From Selaginella moellendorffii (Eukaryota > Plantae > Lycopodiophyta), in assembly GCF_000143415.4 (NCBI RefSeq), contig NW_003314268.1:2744494-2808493 (forward strand): DNA of 64,000 bases, read 5' to 3'. The position numbers and the translations under genes are program-made. Shown here piece after piece: positions 47,106 through 61,201 of this stretch (position 1 is its first letter; every line of letters starts with the position of its first letter). The notes under the pieces were generated by a model. It ran no database searches and had not been told where the DNA came from. It worked only from the letters and a program-made list of their open reading frames with translations.

Positions 47106-47299
47106 TTCGAGGTATTCTTCCCACTTTTTTTTCCTCCGCCACCAAGTGATAAACGTTGCTGCTTTGATAGAGGCAGCTCCAAAACACAGATATACGGTCC
47201 GGGCTTCTTCATAGGCTTTGATGTTACGTTGCCATACGTTGCCAGTGTAATACTAATTCGTCACACACTTACCTTTCTCTTTCAGCCTCTCAAAACTGG

Positions 47300-48624
47300 T
47301 TACTTCTGCAGCGACTTCTTGATGGCTCGGATTGTCGCTGGAGTTGTCCGGCAGCAGCCTCCGATGAGTGAAGCTCCGGCCTTTTTCCACTCTCCGACGT
47401 ATGACACAAAGTCCACGTCCGAGACTCCGGTAGACGGCTGGAAAGACGAAAGAGGAGTTCAAAAGAGCTGCGAGAAGAACTGGAAAACTTACGATCCATT
47501 GCTTGGCGTCGGGATCAAACGTTTCTCCACTGTTTGGATAGACGACTATCGGTTTGTCCGTCACCTGTTTGGTTTGATCGCATCGAAAGCTTATAGAAGT
47601 TCAAGAGTTGGAATACCTTCCGAGCAGTAGAGACGAGGCCGTGTATGAATCGAGGAGGCGTGCAGTTTATACCGACGGCGGCCACTTTGGCGCTCTTGGC
47701 TGCCAGAGCGACGCATTCGCTTAATGGATCGCCGCTCACGACGTTGGCACCGTCTTTAGAGTTGAAAGATATCCAACTGGGAATCTGGATATCTTCTTCT
47801 TCCAAAAGCTCCACCAGTGCCTGGAAAAACTTCTGAGCTATGGCAAGAAAAAAAACACTCTAACAGGCAAACCTGGGCCTCGACTTGGCATGGAATTGTT
47901 TCGATTGCTAGCAAATCTGCTCCAGAAGAAGCGAGAATTTGTAAGCGCCTGCGATGGAATCCTTTCAGCTTGGCTACGTTCATCATCTCCGGGCCATACT
48001 GTCCACTGCGAAACAAAAAAATGTTTGATCAAACCGAGAGAATTACTTCGACAGGTTTGATACCTGTACTCGGAGCCATCTGCGAGATAAGCTCCATAGC
48101 TCCCAATAGAAGCCGCCACCAAGGCTCGATTGTAGCGAATCTCTCCCGAGCTGTTGTTCTGCTTGACTTTGTCCCAGAACTTGTCACGCACTTGACAAGC
48201 GATCGCCACGCTTTTTTTGAGCATTTCCTCTCCTTCCTTTTCGGAGAGGCCCTTGGAAACAAATCCCTGGACTGTTGCCTGTGCGAGCAAAAGAACTCTT
48301 TTGCGAATAAAAAACGAAGAAAACACTATTTTTCCAATCTCAAACCTGATAAGACGACGACACGAGTATGTCCGCTCCTGCCTCCAGGTAATCCCAATGA
48401 ACCTGGACACAACGAGAGAAAAATTTCACGCAAAGACGACGATTCCTAACAGACCAGACCTTCTGGATCAGCTGTGGCCTTGTGATCAAGCACAGCGCGC
48501 TCCACAGTGGATCATTAAGATCCGCGCCACAGTGCTCGAGCTGCGTCGCCAATCCGCCATCGAGAACCGCGCAGCCGCCGGACGATTCTAGCAGCTCCTC
48601 CAGCTTGTTCTTCCCGGCGCCCAT
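47300..48624 (-). CDS. HMT: Homocysteine S-methyltransferase, multi-exon
   Basis: VLDGGLATQLE.CGADLNDPLWSA; VAASIGSYGAYLADGSEY; GINCTPP; YPNSGE; IGGCCRTTP; stop at 47302-47300. Confidence 0.95.
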
Positions 48625-48764
48625 CGCGGTGAGAATGCCGTCGGGCTTCCTCGCAAACCCTGGAATTTAGAAGCTGACCTAAATGCATATGCTTCCAATT
48701 TAAATTTGGCCGAATTGATGTAAGTTGGCGGGAAATGCAGAGTATATTCGATCCCTTTCAAATA

Positions 48765-50836
48765 TTATGATTTTGGCACCACCACGTACATTTTGATGGC
48801 GTGCGCGTCCACAGCCTCTTCAATGTAGCCTTGCGAGAAAACTCCCAAATCCTTGTGCTGGAAAGAAGAAAAATCAATGTCCAGAGACTCTAGGATGAAA
48901 ATCTTCCACTTACCGCCCAAACATCTCTCACTTGGACAGACGAACCGGGCTTTGCACCGATTTGTTCCCAGTACGCGCGGATCTTGGCGGTGGAATCTCC
49001 TTGGTTGAGTAGCAGCGCCACGAATTTACCTTGCGAGAGAGGTCCGCCCCATACCTGGACGATTCTTTTGAGACAATCGCGATAGAAGTTTCATTACTAG
49101 TCTTGCCTCTAGAGCGCCCTTCCTGCTGACTCTTTTGCCTTGGACTCCCATAGAATCTGGAAACAAAAAAAAAAAAAAAATTGGTAAGCGATGGAAGAGA
49201 GAAGAGAAGGAATTTCTTGGTTCTCAGACCTTGGTTGATAGCAATGACCTCCTTGTTCATGAGAATGTTGAGATACTCTTGCTTTAGATTGCGCACATCG
49301 CAGCCAATGATCAATGGGGCCTGGAACAAAACGAGAGTTAGAAATTGGTGGCATTCTCGATCGATCGATAGGGACCTTCATGAGCGCCCAGAGGCTGAAG
49401 TGTGTGCGGTACTCCTCCAAGCTCATGCCACCATTGCCGACCTCGAGCATGTCGGGATCTAGAACAAGAAATGCGAGCGCGCAATGTCAGGTTCCCTCTC
49501 TTTTTTTTCTCTTGCTCTTTGTGACAATTTCGCGATCTATTACCATTCCAGCCGCCGGGCCCTGCGTATTTCGCCCATTTGTCGTTCTGATCCGCGCGCA
49601 CGATCATCCTGGGGATTGAAGGTATCTATCAGAGGTCAGCATTTCTAGTGCTGGTCTTTCTTACGATTTCCAATTGTCTTTGATGTCTCCCGTTGTTCTC
49701 CAGCTATTTCCCACGCCGGGAGCCCAGAGCGCCGGATCTTCGTAGCCCCTGAAAGGTTCCATCGCGTGATTTCTTTGGAAAACTCTCATGGGTTGTAGAT
49801 TTTTTTAATTTTATTTTTGCGTACCATTCACAGAGAGCGTAGAAAATTGGTCGACCGGTTGCGAGGAGGGCTTTTTGCATTTTCGGGTACCTGGATGTGC
49901 AAGGATTGAGGAGCAACAAAACAACAACACTGTGGTACGTTACCGGATTTTTGGTGAGGCTCCATCGTTGTGACAGTTATCATACTTTAGAAAGTCTACA
50001 CCCTGATAGATAGATAAAACCATTAGCACTTCCTTCTCTTTTTCTTTTTTTCTTGGTTTCCTGGGTCTCATATCACTCTAGAGAGCATCTGGCATACCCA
50101 TGCTGCGAAAGTCTTTGCATCTTGGTTCTCAAAGTTTAGTGATCCAGGTTGAGTTTTTGCACAGGTGAATCGCCTACAAGATAACAAAAAATAAGTGAAA
50201 AAGAGAGAGACTTTAGCTCATATGTACCCCGCATCCGAGTAAATTCCAAACTTGAGGTTCTTGGAGTGCACGTAGTCTGCAAGATTTTTTATCCCGGATG
50301 GAAACCTGTCCTTGCGTGGTTGAAGATTTCCCTGCAGTTCTTGGAGAGTTTTAGCTTGTTTGCCTGCGAGTGATCTGGTCAGACCTCTTTGTCTCGACTT
50401 TGTTCGGCCCATTCATCATCTGCAAGGTTTTTTTTTCATGAGAGAATCCAGGACACTCTGATTGATCTCTAATATCGTTACCAATGTTGATGTAGTTGTA
50501 ACCCAGCGCTGCCAGGCCAGTTGAGACGATAGCGTCGGCTACACAAAGTAAAGGGGTAAACAAAAAAGAGATCGTTCTAACGCGGAGATACCCGTCTCGC
50601 GAACGATCGTTTCATTGATCTTGTTATGGAAATGGTTGAAATCATTCCACCTGAGGTACACCATGGAGCAATTCTTATTCCTAATCGAAACTTACTTACC
50701 CCATTGGTGGTGTTCTTCCCAGGCCATTTTCGAGGAGCACACTTCCATGATGTCGAGGCAAGTAATTCGCCGTTGTGAGCGAGATTACGAGTAGTAGTGG
50801 TACTATTCTAGCAAACCATTCTCTAAACTCTTCCAT
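48765..50836 (-). CDS. GH27 alpha-galactosidase, about 15 exons, signal peptide
   Basis: [34 protein letters not shown] (nucleophile), SWRTTGDI (acid/base), [20 protein letters not shown]. Confidence 0.93.
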
Positions 50837-50988
50837 GGTTCGTTTGCTTTCCAGGTCTCTACAGCCCCTCCTTTAAATTGCTGAAGCCCAAGAACGAAGG
50901 TTTGTGACGTTGTCTCCAAGTCGTTTGGCGAACCTCCAGCCATGAACCTTTGTCGTAGACTTCTTTTGGCGGGTACCATATTCGTCGT

Positions 50989-51115
50989 GTGTACTTCTGT
51001 CTTCGTGGAGTAAAATGGTGATGCCGTGTACTTCTGTCTTCTTGGAGGAAAATGGTGACGCAGCGATAGCGCATGTAGAGTGGACGATTGTCTTCTTGGA
51101 GTAACATAGTGATGG
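50989..51115 (+). repeat. About 37-bp imperfect tandem repeat upstream of the alpha-galactosidase
   Basis: gtgtacttctgtcttc.tggag.aaaatggtga occurs twice, plus a partial third copy near 51089. Confidence 0.7.
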
Positions 51116-52912
51116 AGCTGAAGTGCAATAGAGTGGATGATTGAGCGCCATAGCAAACAACATACACACTCTTCAGGAAGCTTCCAGTTTTGCTGATAAG
51201 AAGAATGTACCAGACTTCACAAAACAAATGGTATCATAAAAAATAATTATTACTTTCTCACTTCACCAAAAAAATAACATACTAATACATACGTTTAGTA
51301 AAATGTATCATGGAAAAAGCAATCATGTCTGAAAGAAAAGGCATAAAATTGAAAATGTTAAACGTACCACTTATACTATGCACTTAATTAACCAAATTTT
51401 GATAGTTTTATTTATTTCATTAATATAATATAGTAAAGAAATAGAAAGGGTTAATGTATAACATAAAAGATCAAATAAATAAGAAATAAGAAAGATCACC
51501 ATTTCCAGGTTAAAAGAGGAACTTACCAAGCTCAAATAATCATTATCAACCTTACTAACACTTTTTTTTTCGTTTTTATTAAAGCAACTGCATAGTACAA
51601 AAAATTATTAATATGAATATAACATGGAAATAATTCTTGAAATTGTGAAAATCTTTTACTACTTTAGCCACGGAATTAAATTGCAAGGTTTCTACCCTTC
51701 CCAATAACTCCAGTTTGCAAGAGCCAACAACAGCCAGAGCATAGGCTTCAGGAATTTTTTTGTGTGTCTTCTGCTGATGATGGCAAATGGATAGATGGTT
51801 GTTCATGACAAGTTTTGGCTACTGAGCTCTTGTTGCTTGCAAATCAAAGTCATAAACCTTGAAGCTGACAAGCACTTGACCCTCACCTCCATCAGGATCC
51901 AGGAGAGTGACTTGCATGAAGATTTACTTGCTATTGTTAATCTTACAGGTCTAGAAATTATGTTTAATGGTACTAAACTGTTAAAACAGAAACAGCCATT
52001 TTCAAAGATTGGTCTATAGTATTTTCATTGGCAAAGTCTGTATAGCATACATCCAGATTTTCAATCCCTATTTTTTATTCTTGAATGAAACAATATACTA
52101 TTTATGAAACTTGTTGAGAAACACTTGACACTCCTTCACACACTCCACAAGAAGCTTTCCGTCCCATTCAACCCAGGCTTTGTGAATCTCCACTATATCA
52201 TAGTCTTGATTTTTCTTCAGATACACGCATCCATCATTTGTTGCCACAACCAGTGGGAACTCAAGTTCCTCCTTACCTACATGTATAGTGATCCAGTCTC
52301 ACCTAGTAATATCATACACCTTGCATGAAATAGCATAGTTAGAGCCCACTGTTTGTCTCCAATCACCCCAAAGGGCTCAATGTAGTCCTAGCCACCACAC
52401 AAGGCAATGAAATACCATGTGTTAACGAGCTCCCAAGCTCCAAATCTTGGTAGACACAAAGTATCCCATGGCGCTCAAGGTGGTGGCTGTTGGCCAGGAC
52501 GTTGTGAACCACAGGTCCAGTGCCAACACTCACCCATTCACCCTCTTGGAGCTTCAATACCTCACCTTCGTTCACAAAGGTAGTGGCCAAACCCAATTGC
52601 CACCATTTCTAATGCTTGAGATCCCACTTGCTAGATGCTACTATTTCCTGGTGTTGGATCCACCCTAAACACTTTCTTGGAGTCAAAGCCTTGGCACCAA
52701 ATTGTGCCCTTGCACACGATGGAAATCCCAAATCCTGTTGTCCCTCTGGTTGGATAGTTAAGGAGTTGGGAGTGGCTACCATGCAATCTAGTGAGCTTGA
52801 TACTTGTTGTTATGCCTATGTAGCCTTGGAACTGAGTATAAATTGCACCAGAGATTGCTATTGTGTTTGCTGAACTAAAGAAAACCTAGACAATGTAATT
52901 GTACTGTTCAGA

Positions 52913-55148
52913 CCTTGAAAACAATTGAAGTTATGTTTGATTGACGTAAGATGTGATGTGGAGATGCACAAATATTCCTCAAGAGCCATGAGAGGAGAAT
53001 CTACACTAGAGGAAATTAGCAGGAGAGCTAATTATAAAAAAAAGGGCAATAATAGGAAAAGATTAGGCTGGGCCTCACTCTTTTTTTGAAGTGTTTAACA
53101 ACATTTAAAAGTGTTCTTTAAAGTTATTTTAATAAACAATGAAGAGATTATAAGTGTTAATAAGATTGCATTTGGTTTTTTATAAGCTTTAGAGTGTTTT
53201 AGAGAGCTTTCTTTATAGCTCATAGTTGGCTATTAGCAACAAAGTGTCCCTAAGCAATTTTGTAATTTTTGTTTGTCTTTCTTGCAACTCTCTAGATTCT
53301 CACTTAGGTGTAGTGTAGTAGAATCTATATGGTACAGCACCTCCTGGCCTCAATTTTAATAGAGACAGGTTCATTGGGTTTTCATGAACTCCTGAATTTA
53401 GACTTCCCAGAAGGTCATTTAACTTAATATTATTCAAACACAAGGATGCTTAACCCTAAGTATCCTAAAACCTTTAACTAATTAAAAAAAATGTTGCACT
53501 TTTATTCATGGGCCTTTTTTCTCTATATTTGAACCCATATGGATTATCCTTAGAAACTTTCTCTTTAATTGTTTATAATCCACTATACTTCCTTATAAGT
53601 TCACGCTCTCATAAACTAAAAGAACACCTGCCTTGCTCTTTTAACACCCTACCTTTACCCAAAGTAAACTAAATTTGCCAGATATCAATCTTAACACATA
53701 GTGTGGTTCTTTTAACCAACTAATAGATCTGGACTTAAGACCTTTCTAATACTAAATGTAAGCTCCTGAATTTGGACTTATTGGGTTGAGTGAAATGTAA
53801 ACTCCTAAATTTGGATTTTTTAGGAGGTCACCGAACCCAATATTATTCAAACTTAAGGATATTTAACCCCAAGTATCCCAAAATCTTTAATCGATTGAAA
53901 AAAGGGATGCACTTTTATTTATAAACCCTTTTTCTCATATTTAAACTTATACAGATCATCTCTTGAGTCATTCCTCTTGGTTGTTTACAATCTTTAAATC
54001 TCTGTTACTTTTGTTCATGTTTTCACATTTTTGGAAAAACTCGCCACATAACAAGCCATAGGGCGGAATATCCATTAGTGTTAAAGGCCAATAAGGGTGA
54101 GTTCAACTGTTCCTTCTTCCTTGGTATCAAAGGGTAGTAATATATATATATTAACATTTGTCATATAAAAAGTGGCTAAATAGAGAAATTTGTTAACTTT
54201 TTTTAGAAATGGTAAAAGAATCTCTAAGATTCTCGGGAAGGAGTAGTTTGCTCTATGGTAGGGGGAAGTTTGACTCTGGGAAAAAAGACGATTCTTGGAG
54301 GAGATTTGAGTATGCACTTGGGCAAACATTAATGAGGAATAATGGGCCAAGAGGTAGTAGCAAGAGGATTTAATCTAACTTTTAGTGGACTTTCAAGAGG
54401 AACTTTAACAACATCACCAATAGTAATCACACCAGGAGCTAAATTGCTAGGAAGTTTTAGGGTAATATCAAGGACCTCTTTAAAAGCTACTAAAAAACCC
54501 TCAAATAATCATAAAAGGTGGTTCCTTTCAAAAGACATTCTAGTCTCATCCTTCTTCACACCTACTTTTATTCTGCTCTCCTCTATAAGAAATGGTCCTC
54601 TCTTACTACCCTATTTATGTTGTGAAGAAATTCATTTAATTTCTTACTTCTTTCTAATATAGGTATCATCATGTTTCTTTGTTGATTTTTTCACCAAGCA
54701 CCATATACTAAGCCACTACTTTTTTAAATGTATCTTTATATCATCTAAAGGTTTGTGCCCTTCTATTAATTTCTTCTCTCCATTATGCTTCTTATAAAGA
54801 AAAAACTTAATATAAAGGTGGAAAAATTTATTTGGATAGCACAAAGTTATTGTGTTATCCTTGCCACCACTTAAGATGCTGAGTGGTACAACTATCTTAC
54901 AAACAATCATAATTGTGTTTGATTGACGTGGCACCTAGGGTGTGATATAGAGATGCATAGATATCCTTTAGGAGTCATGGGAGAAGAATTTGTGTTAAAA
55001 GACAGCAAAAATCTAAAAGAAATTAGTGGGAAGAGAAGTAAGTTAAGCCTCATCCCTTTTTTAAAGTGTTTAACACTGTTTAAAAGTGTTCTTTAAAGTG
55101 ATCTTAGTGAGTAGTGAGGAAATTGTTAATGTTAGCGAGATTGCAATT
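52913..55148 (+). repeat. Two diverged direct copies of an about 255-bp repeat (52913-53172 and 54894-55148)
   Basis: Shared blocks tgtttgattgacgt, gagatgca, aagtgtttaaca and tttaaaagtgttctttaaagt appear in the same order. Confidence 0.75.
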
Positions 55149-56658
55149 GAAGTAGTTTTTTATGTTGCAACAAATAGTATGGCTTCATATTAATGAACAA
55201 AGCTAAATTGTGGATGCTTATTGTAGCGCATAGAAGTGCAATGTCTACACAATAAAAGGATTGGTAAATTTAGTGCTGGTTCCTCTTGGCTTAGTAGGGG
55301 TTATTAGTCAATAGTCAATAAGGACATTGACATCTCTAAAGGGGGAGTGAGTGTAGTGCATGTAATCATGGGATAAGATTTAAATATACTGTCACCATGG
55401 ATCCTTAGAACCTTAAAGGATAAATGGGGATAAAATAGCCACTAAGGGCTTTCTCATCAAGCAATTGCCCCTTTTTTAGTTGGCTTAAGGGGAGAGAAAT
55501 AGGGTTTGATACACTTACAAAGTTTCACTTCTCATGGAGTAAATTAGTTAATCAATTGAAATATGAGCAATTTTATTACCTTTTAAGTAAGAAATGCATT
55601 ATACTCCTATAGTGAACATATATTGCAGCAACACTAGAGAGCTCCAAGTAAATGTAGATGGTCTTGTAACCAACTTTCTCTTAACCACAACATGAATAGG
55701 ATGTTGTGGACCAAGAGCTTCAAAAGCACAAACAAACATTTGCTCATATTCCCGATATTTAAGATCATCGACAATGCTCAAGCTCACTCAAACTCCTCTT
55801 GTGCTAGAGAGTATGGAGTTTAGAAGAGTTCTATTCTCTTTCCTAGCCTTTTCTAGCTAAAGCAAGACCATGAAATTAAAGCACTAAGATCAATTTAAAA
55901 AGGAGATATACCTTGTTTTCCTTGGTCTAGTATAGGCTTGAAAGGATCAATGTAGTTTGCTTGATGCGTCAAAACAATAATACATATAACAAAAGGTCTA
56001 GGATGGATAAATGGTATTTCAAATGAAAGCTAACCAAAGCCATTTCCACCTTAAATTAGAAAGTGTCTCTAGACTCAATTCCTAATATCACCCCCACTTT
56101 GTTTGGAACTTGTCTGTGAGGTTTAAAGTCTCCTACAAGCTACCCTAGATGAGATTTTGGAGAGGATTGTGGTGCCTTAGCAACACTACTACTAGCCACT
56201 GCCACTACCGTATAAACTTATGAGTTTGGACTTCTTGAGAAGTCATTCAACTCAGTACTATTCAAGGCGAGGCTCTTGAGTGCATGGAGATCATGACCTT
56301 ACCCAATGCCAAAACATATGCATGAGATATATAATCCTCTTTTACACTATACCCTCTCTTCCTTGTGGCATGTAAACAACCAAAGGGAATGATTCAAAAG
56401 ATGATCTATAAAGGTTTAAATATAGAAGGAAATGGCCTATGAAAAAACGTGCACCCTTTTTTCCAATTGGTTAAAGGTCTTGGGATACTTGAGGGTAAAC
56501 ATCTTTGGCTTTGAATAATATTGAGCTAGGTGACCTTCTAGGAAGTTTAAACTTAAAAGTTTATATAGTGGTAGTGATGGCTGGTAGTGTTGTTATTGGG
56601 GCCCCACAATCCTCTCTAGAATCTCGTCTAGGGCAGCTTATATGAGACCCCAAATCTC
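53387..56658. repeat. Diverged repeat family of about 190 bp: direct copies 53387-53580 and 53800-53992, inverted copy 56372-56563, and an inverted pair about 56117-56270 / 56500-56658
   Basis: Shared aatattattcaaa...aagtatcc...tgcac blocks; gagaggattgtgg / ccacaatcctctc inverted match. Confidence 0.7.
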
Positions 56659-57421
56659 GTTATATTGACTTGTGATTTGGCAATGTCAATTGCCATTAAC
56701 ACGCTTGAGTGATTTAGCATCTTCCTAGTTAGAGAGCTCACCCCTAAATGTATAGTAGGGATAGTGGGTAGGTCAGATATGGCCGACCAATCTAAGGCAT
56801 AGTTCAACTCTCACTTGCATGCCTATCTTTATTTTGCATCTAACTTGGGTCTAAGCCTAAATTCCGCACCATGCTAGCTAGTAGAGTACCCATATTATCA
56901 CATTAGGCCACTAGTATGTTAAAATAGTGCCAAACTCCATTTAACTCCATTTTGTGTGCTAGTCTAATGAAGAGGTAAATGTTTTATCTTATGTATCATC
57001 CCAAGCTGAGCAAAAAAAGAAAGTTTATGCAAAATAGAGTTACACCTAAGCTTAAGCATCTAAAGAAGAAAAATTTGATCTATGCAATACTCGCTATAAA
57101 CAAGTGTGAAATAGTTATGAATAGTTATAAAATTATGTAGTATATAAGTAGCACTTAGACATGTTGGAAAACAACCCCCACTTATTGTTGTATGCATTTA
57201 TATTAATTAATCATCTTTTCTCCTGCTTATACTTGTTTGTGCAAAGTAGAATTGAAAGAGTGACATATGTTTATCCTTACTTAAGCCTTTAGGGTTTGAG
57301 GTTGAGTTATTTTCTCATTCTTCTTCTACTCTTTTCTACCTTCTTGTCTTTGTTTGTTTGTCACTATTTTGCAAGTAGGGGCAAAAATACAAGTATAGGT
57401 AGAAGAAGTTTTATTCATTTT

Positions 57422-60340
57422 TGGTGACCACGGTGGGATAAGCCATCACTTATTAGCATGAAAACCAGCTGGGAAAAAATTGCTTGTGAATTCCAAATTT
57501 GCCTAGTATTAAGAATCACAAATAGATAAATGTTTTAATGATTATAGAGGCCTTTAGCCCAAATAAAATTAAACGAAGGAGCTCTTTTTGCAATTGCAAT
57601 GGCTTAGCGTCTAAACAACGTAAGAAAGATAGTTTTACAATTGTTATATAATCCATAAAGTATGAGATAAGTTTAAAATTGGAATTTTGCATACATTGCC
57701 AAGAAACTCAAGTTTAAATTATTTCACTAGTAATTTCTTGAGAAAAATCTAAAAGAAGAAGGAATGGAGTTTGTTTGATGTATAAAACATAATTAACTAC
57801 TTTACAATCTTTTCCTTCTAAGCAAGTTCTTACTTGGGTTTTTACAAGATATATTTTTCAGCAACGTGTCACAATTTTTTTAAACATACACAAGCAAGAA
57901 AATTGAGCATTTATAACTTTTGTCTTCAACTCCAGATTAAAGAGAGCTAAATTCAGCTTTAGTGAATAGCAAATTGGGGAATTATTCACCTAAATATTAT
58001 AAAGCTTTAATAGAGGTAAAATCACAATTAAAATATTGTACTATCTCAAGGCTTAGATCCAAAATCTTTTAGCTTGAACAACTACTTAGACACAATTTAA
58101 GAGTAAACTTGTCTCGAGTTTAAGTCTCTTATGCATATTGCAAGAACCTATAAGATTCTAATAAGACTTATAAGTCAAAAATTCAGAAATACTTATTATA
58201 AACTGCTCTAATCGTTTAAACCACTTTACAGTTAGTACATTTTAAAAAATTAATTAAAGCTCAAAAATTTGTCATATAAGCTTGAACAAAGACTTGTATT
58301 GACTATTACCGCCCGTTAGTGAAGAGGCTAGAAAGAAATTTATCTTGAAAAGAAATTTTTGTTTAGATCTAAAGAAAAATTTTCCACAAATTAGCTATTA
58401 CATGTTTGAAAAATTATTTAACATCATTCCACAAGCAAATTAATCTAGAATAGGGTATCATACGCTAAACAATTTAATCCTTGTATTGATTCCACAGGAC
58501 AATTTTAAAAAGGTTTTCATGCCCCTTTCAAATTAGTTGAAATATATAAGTATAGACTAACAATTGATCTTATCTATAAAGCTTTAGAGGATATAGTCTT
58601 TATACATAAAAGTGTCATTATTTATACCAAATAAACTAATAAATATACAACATTTCCTTCATAATCTGATGAGCGGAAGACAATCTGAAAATAAATATTC
58701 ACAAGATCTAGAATGAGATTACAAAGCACTTGTTCGTGATATTTGCAATTTTAACCTCCCTTCAAAGTAGACTAAACCATTACTCAATCAAGTTAGAGAA
58801 AAGTTTGAAAGAGAGTGAGTTGAAAGTATATTAAGTACACCTCAATGAAAAGAAAATCATAAATCCCAATATAACTTTGATAGTCATCTAGAATACTTCT
58901 CCTTGATAGTATTGGTACATAAAAAATGCCTTTGCTTTAACTCAGAGTAGTGGAATACAAAACAATTGAAGTGATTCTTCATAAAAGGAAGAAGAGCAAA
59001 ATTTACAACCCTTACCCTTTAATAGTGATCTTGATTCCTTTACAAACCCAACATCTATTTTGTTTATACTAGTTGCAAAATAGAGAATTTTTTATCAAAT
59101 TGCAATGAATATGATGGCAATTGTAAGAAAAAAAACACTGTCATCACATATTCATCCTTTTCTAGAATTAAAGGAGAGGACTCACAAGTACATATTGAGC
59201 AATACATAGAAGTAATTAAGCTCAATTAGGTAAGAAAAAAATCTTTTCCCTTATATACTAAAAACAAAGCTAAAGATTGGTACTATGACAATTATATAAA
59301 AAAGTTTAGCACATTTGATGAGTAAATAAAGTTTTTTCTTAAAGCTTTCTCCATAGAAACAATCCCATAAAAAAAACTATAATGAGTTGTAAAAGCTTTA
59401 TCAAAGAAAATTTGAGATAATCGAAGAATATACAACTTGATTCAACAAGTGTAATAAATATTGTAAAGACTTAATGTCAGACAAAATGTGCTTACACTTA
59501 TACATACATGGCCTCAAGAAAATTTATTACAAACATGCGATAAAGAGAGCTCATACAGATTTTAAGCCATGATTGCCTACCAAAATCTCATCAAACAATA
59601 TGACATGGTAGATATAGTAAAATTAAACAAAAAGATGATTCCTATAGGTAAATAAACCAATTATCTAAAAATCCTCAAATTACAAACTAATCTCAAACAA
59701 AGGATTTAGTGTACCAAATGCAAAAATGAAGACTATAGCAAAGAAGAATGTAAATTTCAACTGATCAAGTGCTAAGTTTGTGAAAAAGAAGGGCATTCAA
59801 CTAAGGAATGTAAAACTTGATTTAAACAACTAAAAGGCAAACAAGCAACCCGAGTTGATAAAATAACACATAGGCAAAACTATGATTATAGTTATAATCA
59901 AAGTGGCAAATATGAATACCCATGCATTGAAAGGCAAAATGACTATTGGGATTATTCACTTAGGGGTAATTTTCAAAATTATCCACCTAGTTATGAAGAA
60001 AATAGGAATAAAGACTATAATCAGTTTAAAGAATACAATGAGCCTAAAGGTTACAATAGGCTTAGAGAATATAAAAGGCCAAAAGAGTATGATCAAGCTA
60101 AAACTTCTATTCACTATCTTAAGCCATACAATCAAGTTGAGTCATCAAGCAAGAATGATAAGCCTCTTAAAGATATACAACCTATAGTTAAATACGTTGA
60201 GGTAAAATGGTTAGATACAGAAGAGCCACTTAATATTTGTATTATGACTAGAGCACAACAAAGAAGGGCTAAATCTAAAAGCCAAGATGAAGAGAGTGAT
60301 GATGAAGTAGAAATTATCTCTAACTCTCAATGGTGCTAAA
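57422..60340 (+). mobile_element. Decayed Ty3/gypsy-type LTR retrotransposon (PBS plus gag remnant)
   Basis: CA-tttt-TGGTGACCACGGTGGGAT putative PBS; gag-like F.RIKGED..VHIEQY...FPLY.KNKAKDWY...FLKAF (about 59150-59350); two CCHC knuckles CTKCKNEDYSKEEC and C*VCEKEGHSTKEC (about 59710-59810); many stop codons. Confidence 0.75.
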
Positions 60341-61145
60341 AGAAAAATATCAACATAGAAATCACTTAATAACTTTGACTCCAACACTTCTATATTTATA
60401 TATCGTGAGGATGTAAAATTCTATTAGTGCTTTATTAAATAAGCTTTTCTTTTGTCATAATCTTAATTGAAGTTGAGTTTACATTCACATTTGCCATAAG
60501 CTACTGATATTAGGTACTAGGATTAATATTTGATAAACATTCTTTCATTAATTCAAGTAAAATTTACTAAATAATTAAGTTACATAAAAGTGAATAACAA
60601 CAATATTATAACTCTCATCATCATCCACTAATGGAATACAAAGTGTATGATTTAGTATTACTTCATTTTCCAATACTATAATATGTAAATTGTCTAAGAG
60701 GCTGAGTGAAAAGGACTATATTAAATGTTATGGTACTACAAGTTTATGAGTTTTGACATGACATTCAACAAATCAATCTTCCATAAATATATATATTGAG
60801 TAGCTATAAAGTGTTATGTACAAAGAGATCAAGGACAAATTACACTACCTATAAATCCTTCAATGACTCTTAATATTCCTCTAGATCCTGAGAAAAAACC
60901 ATAACAACCTTCCATCCTTCAATTAACAAAAGGAAAAAAAACTTTAATTGCTTTCTATCTATTTGAGAGGGATGTTTGTCTATGATGCTATATGCTATTA
61001 TTATTATAATAGAATTTTGATAGTTGTTATATTTGTTGCAATCTGGATTACTCACTCTTGTATGTAAGCTACTATTTTTAGGCTAATCAAATATACACAT
61101 TTCTATGTTCCATGCACTCACAATTATTTTATATTTTAAGAATAG

Positions 61146-61148
<3 letters not shown>

Positions 61149-61198
<50 letters not shown>
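61149..61198 (+). repeat. (TA)n microsatellite
   Basis: About 25 AT units. Confidence 0.95.

Positions 61199-61201
<3 letters not shown>

Noticed and set aside
51560-52700. Degenerate minus-strand coding-like stretch
   Set aside because: Many stop codons and no assignable family; probably TE-derived.
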